Source: Felis catus (Eukaryota). Taken from it: a stretch of DNA of 64,000 nt. The translations under genes were made by a program, and so were the position numbers. The notes beneath the pieces are model-generated. The model did no database searches. It had not been told where the DNA came from and saw nothing but the letters and a program-made list of their open reading frames with translations. This document shows, piece by piece, positions 27,090 through 38,981 of this stretch. The DNA is taken from positions 620,001 to 684,000 of the forward strand of contig NC_058383.1 in the NCBI RefSeq assembly GCF_018350175.1. Reading direction: 5' to 3'. How positions within the stretch are numbered: the stretch's first letter is position 1; the number at the start of each line of letters is the position of its first letter.

Positions 27090-27240
27090 ACTTCTCACTA
27101 CAACCTTGTGGCATTTATCACCGTCATCCCCGTTGTGGTGAGAGGAGGGAGGACTGAGGCACAGAGAGGGTAAGGAACTTGCTTGGGGTCACACAGTCAG
27201 AAAGTGGGAGCGCAAGACTGCAAACCAGGTGACCCAGCAC
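27090..27240 (-). mobile_element. MIR relic
   Basis: actgaggcacagagagggtaaggaacttgcttggggtcacacag is the reverse MIR core. Confidence 0.75.
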
Positions 27241-27299
27241 ATAAGCAAAGTCCCTTAACGTCAGGATGCTTGTCTGCGATGGGCACGTGTGACCTTTAC

Positions 27300-27609
27300 T
27301 AAATTAAAACATTTTCCTCCTGGGACTAGTTTGCTAAGAATTTTTATAATAGGTGCTGCGCTGTATGAAATTCTTTCCCCACACCTACGTGATCTACCAC
27401 ACAGATCTTTTTCCTGGGATCTGTCAATGTGGCAACACATGGACAGTGTTCTCAGCTCAAACCGTTTTTGAAAACCAGATAAACCCTACCTGATCTGGAT
27501 GTGTGGTTTTCAAAAATCAAGTTGGATCTGTTTGGCTACTTAGGGTTTTTGCATCCACGTTCACAGAACATATACTACACCTATAATTTTTTTTTAATGT
27601 TCATTTATT

Positions 27610-27662
<53 letters not shown>

Positions 27663-28050
27663 GTGGGGGAGGGGCAGGGAGAGGGAGACACCGAATCCGA
27701 AGCAGCTCCAGGCTCGGAGCGGTCAGCAGAGCCCGACGCGGGGCTTGAACTCAGGACCCATGAGATCATGACCTGAGCTGAACTTGGACGCTTAACCGAC
27801 TGAGCCACCCAGGTGCCCCTCCACCTATGGTTTTTATGCGACTTCTTATTCGTTTTCTCATACTGCCCGTACCACGTGCTGGGATGCAGATTATACCGTC
27901 CTCGTACAATGAGCCGGGCGGCTCTAAGGAGAACGATCTGTTGACGTTGGACGGGACTCTCCCGTAAAGCCGTCGGGGCCTGGCCTCTCCGGAGGGGGCA
28001 GGCCCTTGGTTACCATTTAACCTCCTTAGTGTTTATCGATCGTTCCACAC
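27300..28050 (-). mobile_element. Very old L1 (L1M) fragment interrupted by a SINE
   Basis: ctagtttgctaagaatttttat..., tttttgcatccacgttcac and ccgtcggggcctggcctctc resemble antisense L1 ORF2 sequence. Confidence 0.55.
27586..27819 (-). mobile_element. Feliform Can-SINE with a long (CT)n tract
   Basis: Reverse Can-SINE head (...tgagccacccaggtgcccc); short flanking repeat cacctat. Confidence 0.93.
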
Positions 28051-30746
28051 TTAACTGTTTCTTCACGTGCCAATGTTAGCTGCACGTTCAAAGTTAGCTC
28101 CCAACGTTTAAAAATTGACAGAGTTATAAAAACCGAAGTTTTTGGCTTTTCTTTAAAAAAAAAAAAAAGTTAGCTCTAGCTACATGGGGTCTGTGTTCTC
28201 ACAAAGCAAGAGCTCAGGCCATTTCCACCCTGGTCAGACCACATGCTCTCCGTTTGGCCACCATCCCCAGAAGGCCACGGATTCCTGCCCCTGCACCGTC
28301 TGGGTGCACCAGCCCGCCCCTGCACCCGCTGTGGGGAGCCGCACACGTGGGACTTCATCACGGCGGGGGAGGGGGGGGGTAGTCCTGTGACAACTGCTTC
28401 TCTGATGGCAACCCAGGAACCCGGTGCCACTCCTCAACTTGCCTGGAGAGACCCCAGGGGCGGACTCTCCGAGGACTTAACCCATCCGGAGAATGGGCAG
28501 GCGGCATGCTCACAGGCCACAGGGCACGTAACCACTCGTGAAGCACTTAGCAGAATGAGCCCCGCCATCAGGAGCTCCCGTGACTGTTTCTGCCGGCTCC
28601 AGATCCCCCCCCCCCCACGGCCCTGCTAAGATGCCCACGTGTGTCTCAGGGTCCCCTGGGGATGAAGCCAGCCGGGGCACGTCGCACCCCCGTCTTCGCC
28701 AGCCTCACGAAGCTGCAGAAGCAAACAGGCCGTGCCAGTTCTCAGAGCGAGGCTGCCCTGAGCAGGACGGGCCTGGGAGGAGGCACCCAGCAGCCAGACC
28801 TGCATGTGCCCCACACACCCAGCCTCCTTCCAGTGCTGGGACGCGGCGGGGCGGGACTGACAGGGTCCCACACGGACCCCCCCCCCTCCCCAGCTCCAGC
28901 AACCCGCGGTGCTGCATCTTGGAAACCCTGGCGGGTGGAGGGCATTCCCAGGATTTACGCAGGGAGCCCCAGGACACGGGCCACAGGGTCGCCTCCAGTA
29001 AGAAGGAAAGCAGACCGCATCAGTGCTTTCAACATTTCTGGATCTCTACTTCTTTAAACGACTTACTCGGACAAACGGCAAACTTTCAGAAGCACGGAGG
29101 GGATGCGGATGTGGGAGGGGGATGTGCTACACCTCCGGCTGGCAATGTCCAAAGAGCAGAAGGCAGCCCCTCGGCCGTGCACCGGCCGCGGGCGTGCACA
29201 GAAGCGCACGTCCGTGTACCACGAAGAACACAAGGGAGGCGTGAGTGATGTGAACAGAACGCAAGAACAAAGACCGCCCAGGCTGCAGAAAGCACGTCCC
29301 GGTGCACACGAGCGTGTTTTCCCGGCTCCAAAGTGATGCCAGAGACGGGATGTCTGGCCCGTCCCCTTCAGAAGTGGTTCAGAAGGACCCAAACCAGCCG
29401 CCTCGGCCACGGGAGAACTTCTGTCCGGCTGTTTGGACTCGGCCAATGTCACCCAGGGAAGCAAGCGCCCGGGACCCGCAGGCAAAGCTCTGGTGCCCAC
29501 ATCCTGCTTTATGCTGCCTGTCACAGCCTGAGTGACGGTGGCCCCGGGCTGTGTTTAGGCCTCTCCACTGTTTGGGTGAGAGCTCACTATGTTTCTCCAT
29601 CCACTGCAAGTTTCCAAATAATCCTCTGTAAACAGTGATAACTCAGGCGTGGCTGTGTCCTCTGGAGACACGGTGCTGGAGCACCAGGAGCACGGGAGCC
29701 TCTGCCCCGGGGGCCTGGTGCCACCTCGTCTGCAGCGGTTCCCTACGCACAAACGCCGGGCCCTGGAGAGGGGCGCACGAACACGCGCCCGGGACTCCGG
29801 TGGGGAGTGTGTCCGCAGCACCCGGGATGGGGGACGGGGTGGGGGCCGGGATCTCCAGCCCAGAATCGCCAGTGCACAGCCCCAGCCCTGCCGTCCATCA
29901 CGCCCCCAGAGTCCCCGGCCAAGCAGAGGTGCCGCGTCAGAAGGCACCTTGGATGGAGACCGGCGCCCGCAGGTGTAGGCTGAGGCCGGGGAGCTTTCTC
30001 TTAAGAATGTGCCCTCTGACCCCGCAGGGCGGCTGAGGTTCTATTCCCTCCCGCACTCACTCTGGAGGCACAGTTAAACACACGAGGTGCAGTGCGCCCA
30101 CTGGGCCGCTGGGGACCGCGCTGTCTGCAGTCACGGCAATCTGTAACACCTGACGGCTGGGGACCGGTTAACTAAATTACTAATTATGGACCAGGCGAGG
30201 GCATTGCAGACGCACCTCTGCGCGGAACACGGGCGTCCGTTACAGGTCTGCTAAACAGAAAACATCTCGCAAAACGAGTCTGACAGAAGTGCAAGGAGAA
30301 ACAAACAATCCCAAATTAGACTGGAGCGTTTCAACACCCCTTTGTGAGTTACCGGCAGCTCCACAGGCAGAAAACCAGCCAGGACGCGGCTGAGCTGAAA
30401 AGCACCATCGGCTAAGCAGACGCGGCTGACGCTTACAGGACTCCTTCTCAAACACAGCAGAACACACATCCTTCTCAAGTTCGCAGGAGTTTACCACGAT
30501 GGACCACATCCTGGACCGCAGAATACACCTGAACACATTTAAAAGACTATGGTACACAGTGTCTCCTCCTGGGCCACAGCGGAATTAAACCAGAAATTAG
30601 TAACAAAAAGAGAGCTTGAAAGTGCTAATATTTGCAGGTTGAAAAACACACTGAATAACACATAGGGTGAAGAAGAAGGCTCAAGAGAAACCGGGAGTGT
30701 TTCTAACTAAACACAAATGAAAATGCAGCTTATTAAAATCTGTGGA

Positions 30747-30990
30747 GGGGCGCCTGGGCGGGGGGCTCAGTCGGTTGAGCGTCCGACTTCGGCTCAGGTC
30801 ACGATCTCACGGTCCGTGGGTCCGAGCCCTGCGTCCGGCTCTGTGCTGACAGCTTGGAGCCTGGAGCCTGCTTCCGATTCTGTGTCTCCCTCCCTCTCTA
30901 CCCCTCCCCACTCATGCTCTGTCTCTCTCTCTCTCTCAAAAATAAACATTAAAAATTTTTTTTAATGAAATGAAAATAAAAATAAAATAG
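30747..30990 (+). mobile_element. Can-SINE, no clear TSD
   Basis: ggggcgcctggg...gctcagtcggttgagcgtccgacttcggctcagg head, CT tract and A-tail. Confidence 0.93.
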
Positions 30991-31366
30991 GAAGTGAACA
31001 GAGAAAATCGACAAAACTGAACCTGGTTCTTTGCGAAGATGAAAAAAACCTACAATCCTCTAGTGAGGCTGAGAGAGAGAGGGGAGAGAGCAAACAGAAG
31101 TGAGGGAAGAGGAGGATGTACCCCGCAGGTCCCAGAGACACTAAGAGTCAGATAAAGGAACGCTACGAACACCACAGACAGTGTGAAAACCTAGATGAAA
31201 GAGACCAGTTTTTTTTGAAAGACATTAGCCACCAAAACTGACAAGAAGAAATAGATAATATATGCAAGAAATTGGATCAACAATTATTAATTTTCCATAA
31301 CAGAGAGCCCGCAGGCCCGGAGGGCTCATGAGTGAATTCTGTCAAATATTTAAGGAAGAAATTATA

Positions 31367-31593
31367 GGGGCACCTGGGTGGCACAGTCGGTTAAGCGTCC
31401 GACTTCAGCCAGGTCACGATCTCGCAGTCTGTGAGTTCGAGCCCCGCGTCGGGCTCTGGGCTGATGGCTCAGAGCCTGAAGCCTGTTTCTGATTCTGTGT
31501 CTCCCTCTCTCTCTGCCCCTCCCCCGTTCATGCTCTCTCTCTGTCCCAAAAATAAATAAACGTTGAAAAAAAAATTAAAAAAAAAAAAAAAAA
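31367..31593 (+). mobile_element. Young-type Can-SINE
   Basis: Perfect 17-bp TSD ttaaggaagaaattata (31350-31366, 31594-31610); diagnostic gacttcagccagg and gggctgatggctc. Confidence 0.96.
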
Positions 31594-32395
31594 TTAAGGA
31601 AGAAATTATACCAATTCCCAACCATCTCTTCCAGAAAACCGAAGCAGAGGGAAGTTTCTCACTCATTCTACGAGGGCAGCATTAGCCTAACACCAAAACC
31701 AGACAGCGGCCTTACAAAAAAGTTAAATCACAGACCAATATCTCAAGATATGGTTGCAAGATACAAGCTTAATATACAAAAGCCGGTCACTTTCTTACAC
31801 ACCAGCAATGAAACAGTGAAATGTGAAATGAAATGCACAACACCGTTTACAGTAGCACCCCTCAAGATGAAATACTCAGGCATAAACGTAACAAAATATG
31901 CATGAGATCGATGTGAGGACAACTACAAAACTCAGATGAAAAAAAATTAAGTAACAAATACAAATTGTCAGCTGGATCCCCACTTGATCTGCAGATTCAA
32001 CTCCAATAAAAATCCCAACAAGTCATTTTGTAGAGATCAACACACCGATCCTACGGTTCACACATCGAAGCAAATGACGCCGAACAGCCTGCACAGAATT
32101 GAAGTCTGAGCGTGGACTGCCGGACGTCAGGACCTGCCAGAGGGCTGCTATAATAATTGAGACAGTGTGGTGTTGGCAGGAGTACAGGCCAATAATAGAC
32201 CCAGGGAACGGAATGGAGAGCCCAGAAACAGAACGCCCCGAATACAGTCAACCGACCTTTGAGAAAGGAGTGAAGACAGTCTCCCCCACACCGAGCCGGA
32301 ACAAGAGGATGTCCACACGCTGAGTCTAGACCCAGACTTTACTTCCTTTACAAGAACTAACTCAAGATGGATCATAGATCTAATCGTAAAACACA

Positions 32396-32600
32396 GGGGC
32401 GCCTGGGTGGCTCATGCGGTTGAGCGTCCGACTTCGGCTCAGTCGTGATCTCACCGTTCACGGGTTTGAGCCCCACGTCGGGCTCTGTGCGGGCAGCTCG
32501 GAGCCTGGAGCCTGCTTCGGATTCTGTGTCTCCCTCTCTCTCTCTGCCCCTCCCCTGCTCACACTCGGTCTCTCTCAAAAATAAATACACATTAGAAAAA
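32396..32600 (+). mobile_element. Can-SINE (first of a tandem pair)
   Basis: Full head, CT tract and tail. Confidence 0.93.
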
Positions 32601-32608
32601 TGTTTTTA

Positions 32609-32830
32609 GGGGCACCTGAGTGGCTCAGTCAGTTAAGCGGTCTGACTTTGGCTCAGGTCATAGTCTCACGGTTTGTGAGTTCGAGCCCCACGTTGGTCTC
32701 TGTGCTGACAGCTCAGAGCCTGGAAACCGCTTCGGATTCTGGGTCTCCCCGTCTTTCTGCCCCTCCCCCACTTGTGCTCTGTCTCTCAAAAATAAATAAA
32801 TGTAAAAAAAAATTTTTTTTTAATTTTTTT
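32609..32830 (+). mobile_element. Can-SINE (second of a tandem pair)
   Basis: ggggcacctgagtggctcagtcagttaagc head directly after the preceding tail. Confidence 0.93.
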
Positions 32831-32890
32831 AACACTTTTAGAAGATAACACAGAAAACAATCTAGGGACCTTGGGTTTGACAATGACTTT

Positions 32891-33111
32891 AAAAAAAAAA
32901 TTTTTTTTAATGTTTATTTATTTTTGAGACAGAGAGAGACAGAGCATGAACAGGGGAGGTTCAGAGAGAGGGGGAGACACAGAATCCGAAGAAGGCTCCA
33001 GGCTCTGAGCTGTCAGCACAGAGCCCGACGCGGGGCTCGAACTCACGGACTGTGAGATCGTGACCTGAGCCGAAGTCGGACGCTCAACCGACTGAGCCAC
33101 CCAGGCGCCCC
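32891..33111 (-). mobile_element. Can-SINE, inverted relative to its neighbours
   Basis: TSD gacaatg(a/g)cttt at 32879-32890 and 33112-33123. Confidence 0.95.
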
Positions 33112-34964
33112 GACAATGGCTTTTTAGATGCAGCACCCGCAGCCCCCCGGATGGAAGCCTGGCTGCACCACAGAGGACACGTGCAGCCATCCGTCCTCGG
33201 AGGGCACCAAGAACCCCCAGGGGGTAGCGGAGGCTCCAGGGGCCACCCGACTGAGAGCCCCATCGACCCCGGCTCCTGCTGGGCACCTCTGGGCGAGGGT
33301 GAGCAGCCCCAGGGAAGTTCGAGCACCACACCCGGTCTGACTCACCCACCGGGAGACCGTGGAGAACGAGGCAGGCGCAGTCCTTGCGTCAAGAGATGGC
33401 AGCAACGTGGGGTGGGTGCCGAACAGCTGGGGCCTTCCGGCTGTTGCTTTTCAACAAACACACAGTGGGTCAATGCCAGGTCAGCCCCCTGCCGGCCTCA
33501 GGCCGTGGCCGGAGCGCAGGTAAGAAAGCCAATCCCTTGCTTGCCACTGGGCAGAGACCATGCGAGAGGAGAGGCGCCAATGCCCCGTGTGGACAGACAT
33601 CGGCAGGGCCCTGGTCTCCTCGGCCTGGGGGCCCAGCAGTGGGGGGAGGACACCCCAGAAGCAGCTTCTGGTACTTACGGCAGATCAACCAGAGACAGAG
33701 AACGGGCACAGAAGGCTCCGGGTCGGGACCCGTCCCACATGGTAACCAAGCCTGGGCTGGAAACCTCATCACCACCTCTGCACAACGGGCTCAGAAACAG
33801 TGCCTGGGAGCCAAGGGGAGTCACCTCCAAGAGCCTGTCTCCTGAGACTCAGATTCTAGATCTTTCTTCAAGGATTTCATGCCGGCAGCCAGGGCTGGGC
33901 ATCCGGCTCCGGGGCAGGCTGGGGGGTGGCGGGGGGGGGGGGGAGCTGTGGCGGGCGGCAGGGTTGAGGGGATGCGCAGAGAAGCCAGCCGGCGGGAGTC
34001 CGTCTAAGGTTCAGCCTGGGTCAGTGCAGCCTCCCCGCCAGCCGGCCAGGCAGTGGGCAAGCAAGTCTGCCCTCTGGCCCCGACTACTCGGGAGCAACGT
34101 GGGGCATCCTCGCCCAGCCACCTGAGGTTTGCGGAGCTCCACGGCCTCGTCTGTCTCCCCCCTGAACACTACCATCCTCACCTCCTCCAAGCAGTCCCCT
34201 GGGATTCCTCCTCGCCACACCAGTCAGGGCTCCTTGGTTCTCAGGCCCGTTTGTAGAGCAGGTGGTTTGAGCCCCTGAGGAACAAGATTCGGCGTTCTGC
34301 AGCCCGTGGCAGTGCTAATCCTGGAGGGACGCGGGTCTCAGAAGCCCTGAGCGGCCCTGCGCTATCCTCACAGGGCCGGGTGACCCCGGTGTGAAAGCTT
34401 ACAGTGAAGAGGGCCCCCCTTCCCAGCTGCCCTTCTGCAGGCCACGTCCATGGCCAGGGACACAACCCAGGAACTCTGCTGCCCTCCCCCTCCCCATCAC
34501 CTCGCAAGGCAGGCGTGTTCTCCAGGGTCAAAGGCATCTCGCTTATTTTAAACCAGAGGGCCCACGGCCCGGTCACAAGATCCAGGCAGCCGGTGTCCTC
34601 ATAACCGCAGACCCCGCTCCAAGCACGTGGGAGGGGAGAACGCAACGGCCTGTCTGTAGACACCGCCACCGGGGCTCCGTGGGCTGGGGACACGTGTGCT
34701 TTCTTTCCACGGCTGCTAAACCAATCAGCTGCTCCACGGGCCACTTCCCAGGGTGGGCACAGAGGCACCCAGGGCCAGGGAGGCGGGGTGGAAGGGTGCT
34801 TCGGAGGCTGAGGTGGAAGGGTGGGTCACGAGCTGGCTGGCCTGGCGGCGGGACCCAGACTCCCAACAGGTGGGCAGCTGGGAAGCACCAGCACTCGAGG
34901 CCAGGGACCGGCGGTCCTCCCGGGAAAAGCCGGAGCTGCCCAAAGGAGAAACAAACTGCCCCGG

Positions 34965-35320
34965 GTATGGGGGTCCCGCCAGGGTGTGCCAGGGGGGTTC
35001 CGCCAGGGGATGCCAGGGGGGTCCCACCAGAGGGTGTGGGGGTCCCACCAGGGCGTTCCCACAAGGAGGTGCCAGGGGTGCCCGGCCAGGGGGTGTGGGG
35101 GTACCGCCAGCGGGTGCCATGGGGGTCCCACCAGGGGGTGTGGGGGTCCTGCCAAGGGGTACCAGGGGGGGTCCTTCCAGGAGGTGCCGGGGGCACCGAG
35201 AGGGGGTGCTGTGGGGGTCTTACCAGGAGGTAGGGGGGGTCCCACCAGGGGGTTCCCTCCAGGAGCTGCCAGGGGGGTCCCGCCAGGGGGCGTGGGGGTC
35301 CCTCCAGGGGGTGCCCAGTT
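34965..35320. repeat. Degenerate ~20-nt G-rich minisatellite
   Basis: Variants of gggggtcccaccagggggtg(t/c). Confidence 0.85.
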
Positions 35321-37300
35321 AGCACACAGCTAAGGTGCGTGGACCCCGGGTGGATGGTCTCTAGTGATGCCATTAGGGTCCCGAGGCTCCTGTTCAGAGA
35401 GGATATGTGGCCAACTCAGAGTCATTTAACTTTGCTATTATTACTCTGAACCTGAGTGAAAACACACAGCTTTTACAAGGCTGGCCCCGAGTCGGACCCT
35501 CCTATGTCAAAGGCACCCGAGGGACGTACCCCAGGCCACCAGGCATGAGCACGCCAGCAAGGGGGTTACTACTCTCAGGGCGGATGGGGCCACCGGGACT
35601 GTGGAGACAGCCAGGGCTCACGGACTCAGCCCCCTGTGGGCCCAGGCAGGCCCAGGGGCCAGGAGCGCACTCCCCCACCTGCAGAGAGCCAGTGACCGGA
35701 GTGCAGTGAGGGCCCAGGATGAGTAACACTCCTGTGTCCCACACGACGGTGCGGGCGGACTCTGACTTTAAGAGCGCCCGTTGGTCAAAAAGAACATGGC
35801 CGTGGCCAGACGCAGACGGCACCCCGCTTCTGCCACCCCGCCAAGGCCAGTGCGGAGAACAAGAACGCGTGAAGCCTGTCACTGGCCAGACCAGATCCAG
35901 GGCCAGGAGGAGCTGTGCCTGAAGCTGGCCGCGTGGCCCTGAGGGTCCCCGCGCCTCATACCCGCACCCGGCACTGGGAAGAGAGAAAACGAGGCCAGCC
36001 GAGGCACCAAGGATGCCCGTCGGAAAGCCGCCGGCAAAAGCCACAGAACCACTGGCGCGCCCGTCACCAGGGGCAGCTTGCTGGGCAGTCACGCGAGGAC
36101 GGGGAGGCCTCCGTGCTGATCCGCAACGGTCACCGGGGCGACCCCAGAGGGGCAGAGCGTGTGACAAGACAGCTCGTCATATCGGAAGACACACGCACGT
36201 GTGCAAGGCAGCAACCCCGGAGCGACGCGTGTCCCACAGGGCAGCGGGGGCGTCTCCGGGCCGCGGGGAAGGTGCCGGGACGCGGTCTGTTTGTCCTCGC
36301 CTACCCGGTCAGGGTGTTTCGTGTTTATCTGTTACCTGATTACGAATCACCAGTTTTACACAATCTTGAGAGGTGCAGCGCCTCTGTTTCTGGTTGGTTC
36401 TGGGCTAAGGCTCTCTCCCTGCTGCAAGAGCCCCATGATGCTGGCCTACACTTGATTCTCCACGCCGCCCCCCCCCCCCGGCTTAGTGAGCCAAAGCAAA
36501 AGGCATGGCCAGGTGCACCCCAGGTCATTCTCGCGCTCACGCGCTGGGCTGGACTCTGCCCGGGTTCCCTGTGCACAGCCGGCCACACCTGGACACACGC
36601 GTACCTGTGCCCGCTCCGGGGCAATCGGCGGGGCTCCGGGGCCATGCCCCCAGGCCAGCTGCAGGCAGACCGCACCCCCCACCCCCACCCCAGCCCTGGG
36701 ACTGGCCGGGCTGGGAAGCCAGGCTGTGCCAGGACGCAGGGTTATGTGAGAAAAGCAAGGTGGGGGTCCACGTGGAGGGGCAGGGGCAGCGTCTGCAAGG
36801 AAGGCGGGGACAGACGCGGACGTGGGTGCGTTTTTGCTCACTGAAACCAGGGACAAACCGTGAGGGTAGAAGGTGCGGAGGGGAGACACCCTGTCTGCGG
36901 GCACGGCCTCGGAAACACGTCACTGCTCCGCACGATTATAAAAACAAAGCTGGGATCGGAAAGGCAATACTTACAAAAAGCAAACGGCAACAAATGATAG
37001 CGTAACTGCCCCCAAACGGTACCTGGGGACAAAGTGAGGGTCACGGACCCTTGCTGGTGGCAGGTGGGGCTAATGGTGCCGTCATCCCAAGACGGGGCGC
37101 GAGCGTGTGCTGGAATAAAGCAGAGCAATCTTCAGCGGGTGTCGTTTAGACCTGGCACTTACGGGAGGAGAGACACATGCACGGCGCCCATCGAGCTGTG
37201 CTACAGGGAAGATAAGAGCCCAAGCCTGGAGCCCACATGAACACACGAAGTATTTTATCCTGAAAAAATTCCTGGTTCCGTCCACAGAAAAGCCTGGAAG

Positions 37301-37513
37301 GGGGTGGCTGGGTGGCTCAGTCGGTGGAGCGTCCGACTTCGGCTCAGGTCATGATCTCACAGCTCGTGGGTTCATGCCCCGTATCGGGCTCTGTGCTGAC
37401 AGCTCGGAGCCTGGAGCCTGCTTCGGGTTCTGTGTCTCCCTCTCTCTCTGCCCCTAACCCACTCGCATTCTGTCTCTGTCTCTCTCAAAAATAAATAAAC
37501 TTAAAAAAAAAAA
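37301..37513 (+). mobile_element. Can-SINE
   Basis: TSD aaaagcctgg(a/g)ag on both sides. Confidence 0.93.
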
Positions 37514-38981
37514 AAAAGCCTGGGAGAATGACAACTCAGAGTGGCACTTTTTTCTTTGGAGAAAGAGTGACTTCAGGTCTGGGGCAGAAAACACAAGCCA
37601 AGCCTACAATGTCCTAAAATACCAGAAAGCAAGGAAAATGGCAAAAACGAAGGGGCTCACAGCAGAGACCGAGGAGCCTTCACGGAGGCTCTGTGGGCCG
37701 CAGGCGGGGCAGTCCCAGCACCCCTCGGCGGTAGGGGCCCGAGGGCACGCCGAGGTCGGGGGCCGGCAGAGGAAGGGCCACCAGGGAAGAGCCGGACTCG
37801 GGAAGCCCCCCGCTAACCTGGAGGGCGGAGGAGCGGGGAGGCAGCTCGGTGATGTCCACCGGGCACGCCCCTCGCGTGTCCGCCCTGCGCAGGCCTCTCC
37901 CGTCAGGGCCACTGGGCCCGCACCTGCTCCACGCGCTGGGCGTGAGGCCGCAGGGCGGGCTGGGCTCTGGCGCTCTGGGGCCCGTTCTCCTACGTGGGCT
38001 CCAGCCAGGGAACGAGCAGGGAGCCCTGGGCAGGTGCCCCACAGACACGGACAGGACGCCGAGCCGGTGCAGAAGTGGAGCCCCGGCCACCCCCGGGAAC
38101 CGTCAGCCTGGCCCAGGCAAGGCGACGTGCCCCCCACACCTGGCCTCCCCTACCTGTGCCGGGTGAGCCGCTCAGAACCACACGGTGTGCTCGGGCTTCT
38201 CTGCCAGGTAAGAGGCTACACTGTTCCACCCCCACCCCCACAAGGGCAGAAAAGGCAGGTCGTCCCCGCCGTGTGACGGCCAGGACAAGCGTGAGCCCCG
38301 GGCCCCACCAGTCCGAGAGAGGCAGGGGGACACGGAGGCGGGCTTGCAGGCACAGCCGGGCGTCTGAGGCAGCGGGGACACTGCTCAGGGGTCTTCGCGC
38401 TGTCTCACTCGGCCCAGCCCTTGACACGAGGCGTGTGCTGAGTGCTAGGGCTCTGGCCACCCAGGGTGGGAAACGGGGTCTCAAGGCGTGCAGAGGCCAC
38501 AGCCGGGTGCCCCAGCAGGGCGGTGGGGCCAGCCTGAGAGCCCCCTCCATCAAACAGAGGGGGCAACTGAGGCTCAGAGGCACCACCGTGGGTCACAGGT
38601 CACACAGACACAATGCGACTGCCAAGCCACGCCAGATCCAAGGGCCACAGAAACTCCCTGGGGGTACCACACCCTAAAATCCGAAGGAGGAAGATTTCCC
38701 TGTGGGCTCATCCTACTCTCTGGGACAAGGAGGAGCATGCAGGGGGCTGATGTGTCTCAGACCTCTCGTCTCCTGGCTCTGCTCAGGCTTCCAGACCCGG
38801 CACAGACGCCTCCTCCCCCAGGAAGCCCTCCGTGTACCACTCCTGTTGGTGCTGGATGACACCCTCTACCCCACACCTCCCGTCCACCCCTATACAACCC
38901 TGAACAACTCCAGTCAGTGGAAACAGTCTGTGACTCCTACCCTCAGGACAGGCTAGGCACGGGGGACTGGATGGTCTGTGT

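Larger units (their letters stand above)
30250..33135 (+). mobile_element. Degraded L1 ORF2 relic hosting five Can-SINEs
   Basis: L1-like segments ggaattaaaccagaaattagtaac, ctggttctttgcgaagat, caaatatttaaggaagaaattata and gacagtgtggtgttggcagg (TVWCW). No intact frame. Confidence 0.8.
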
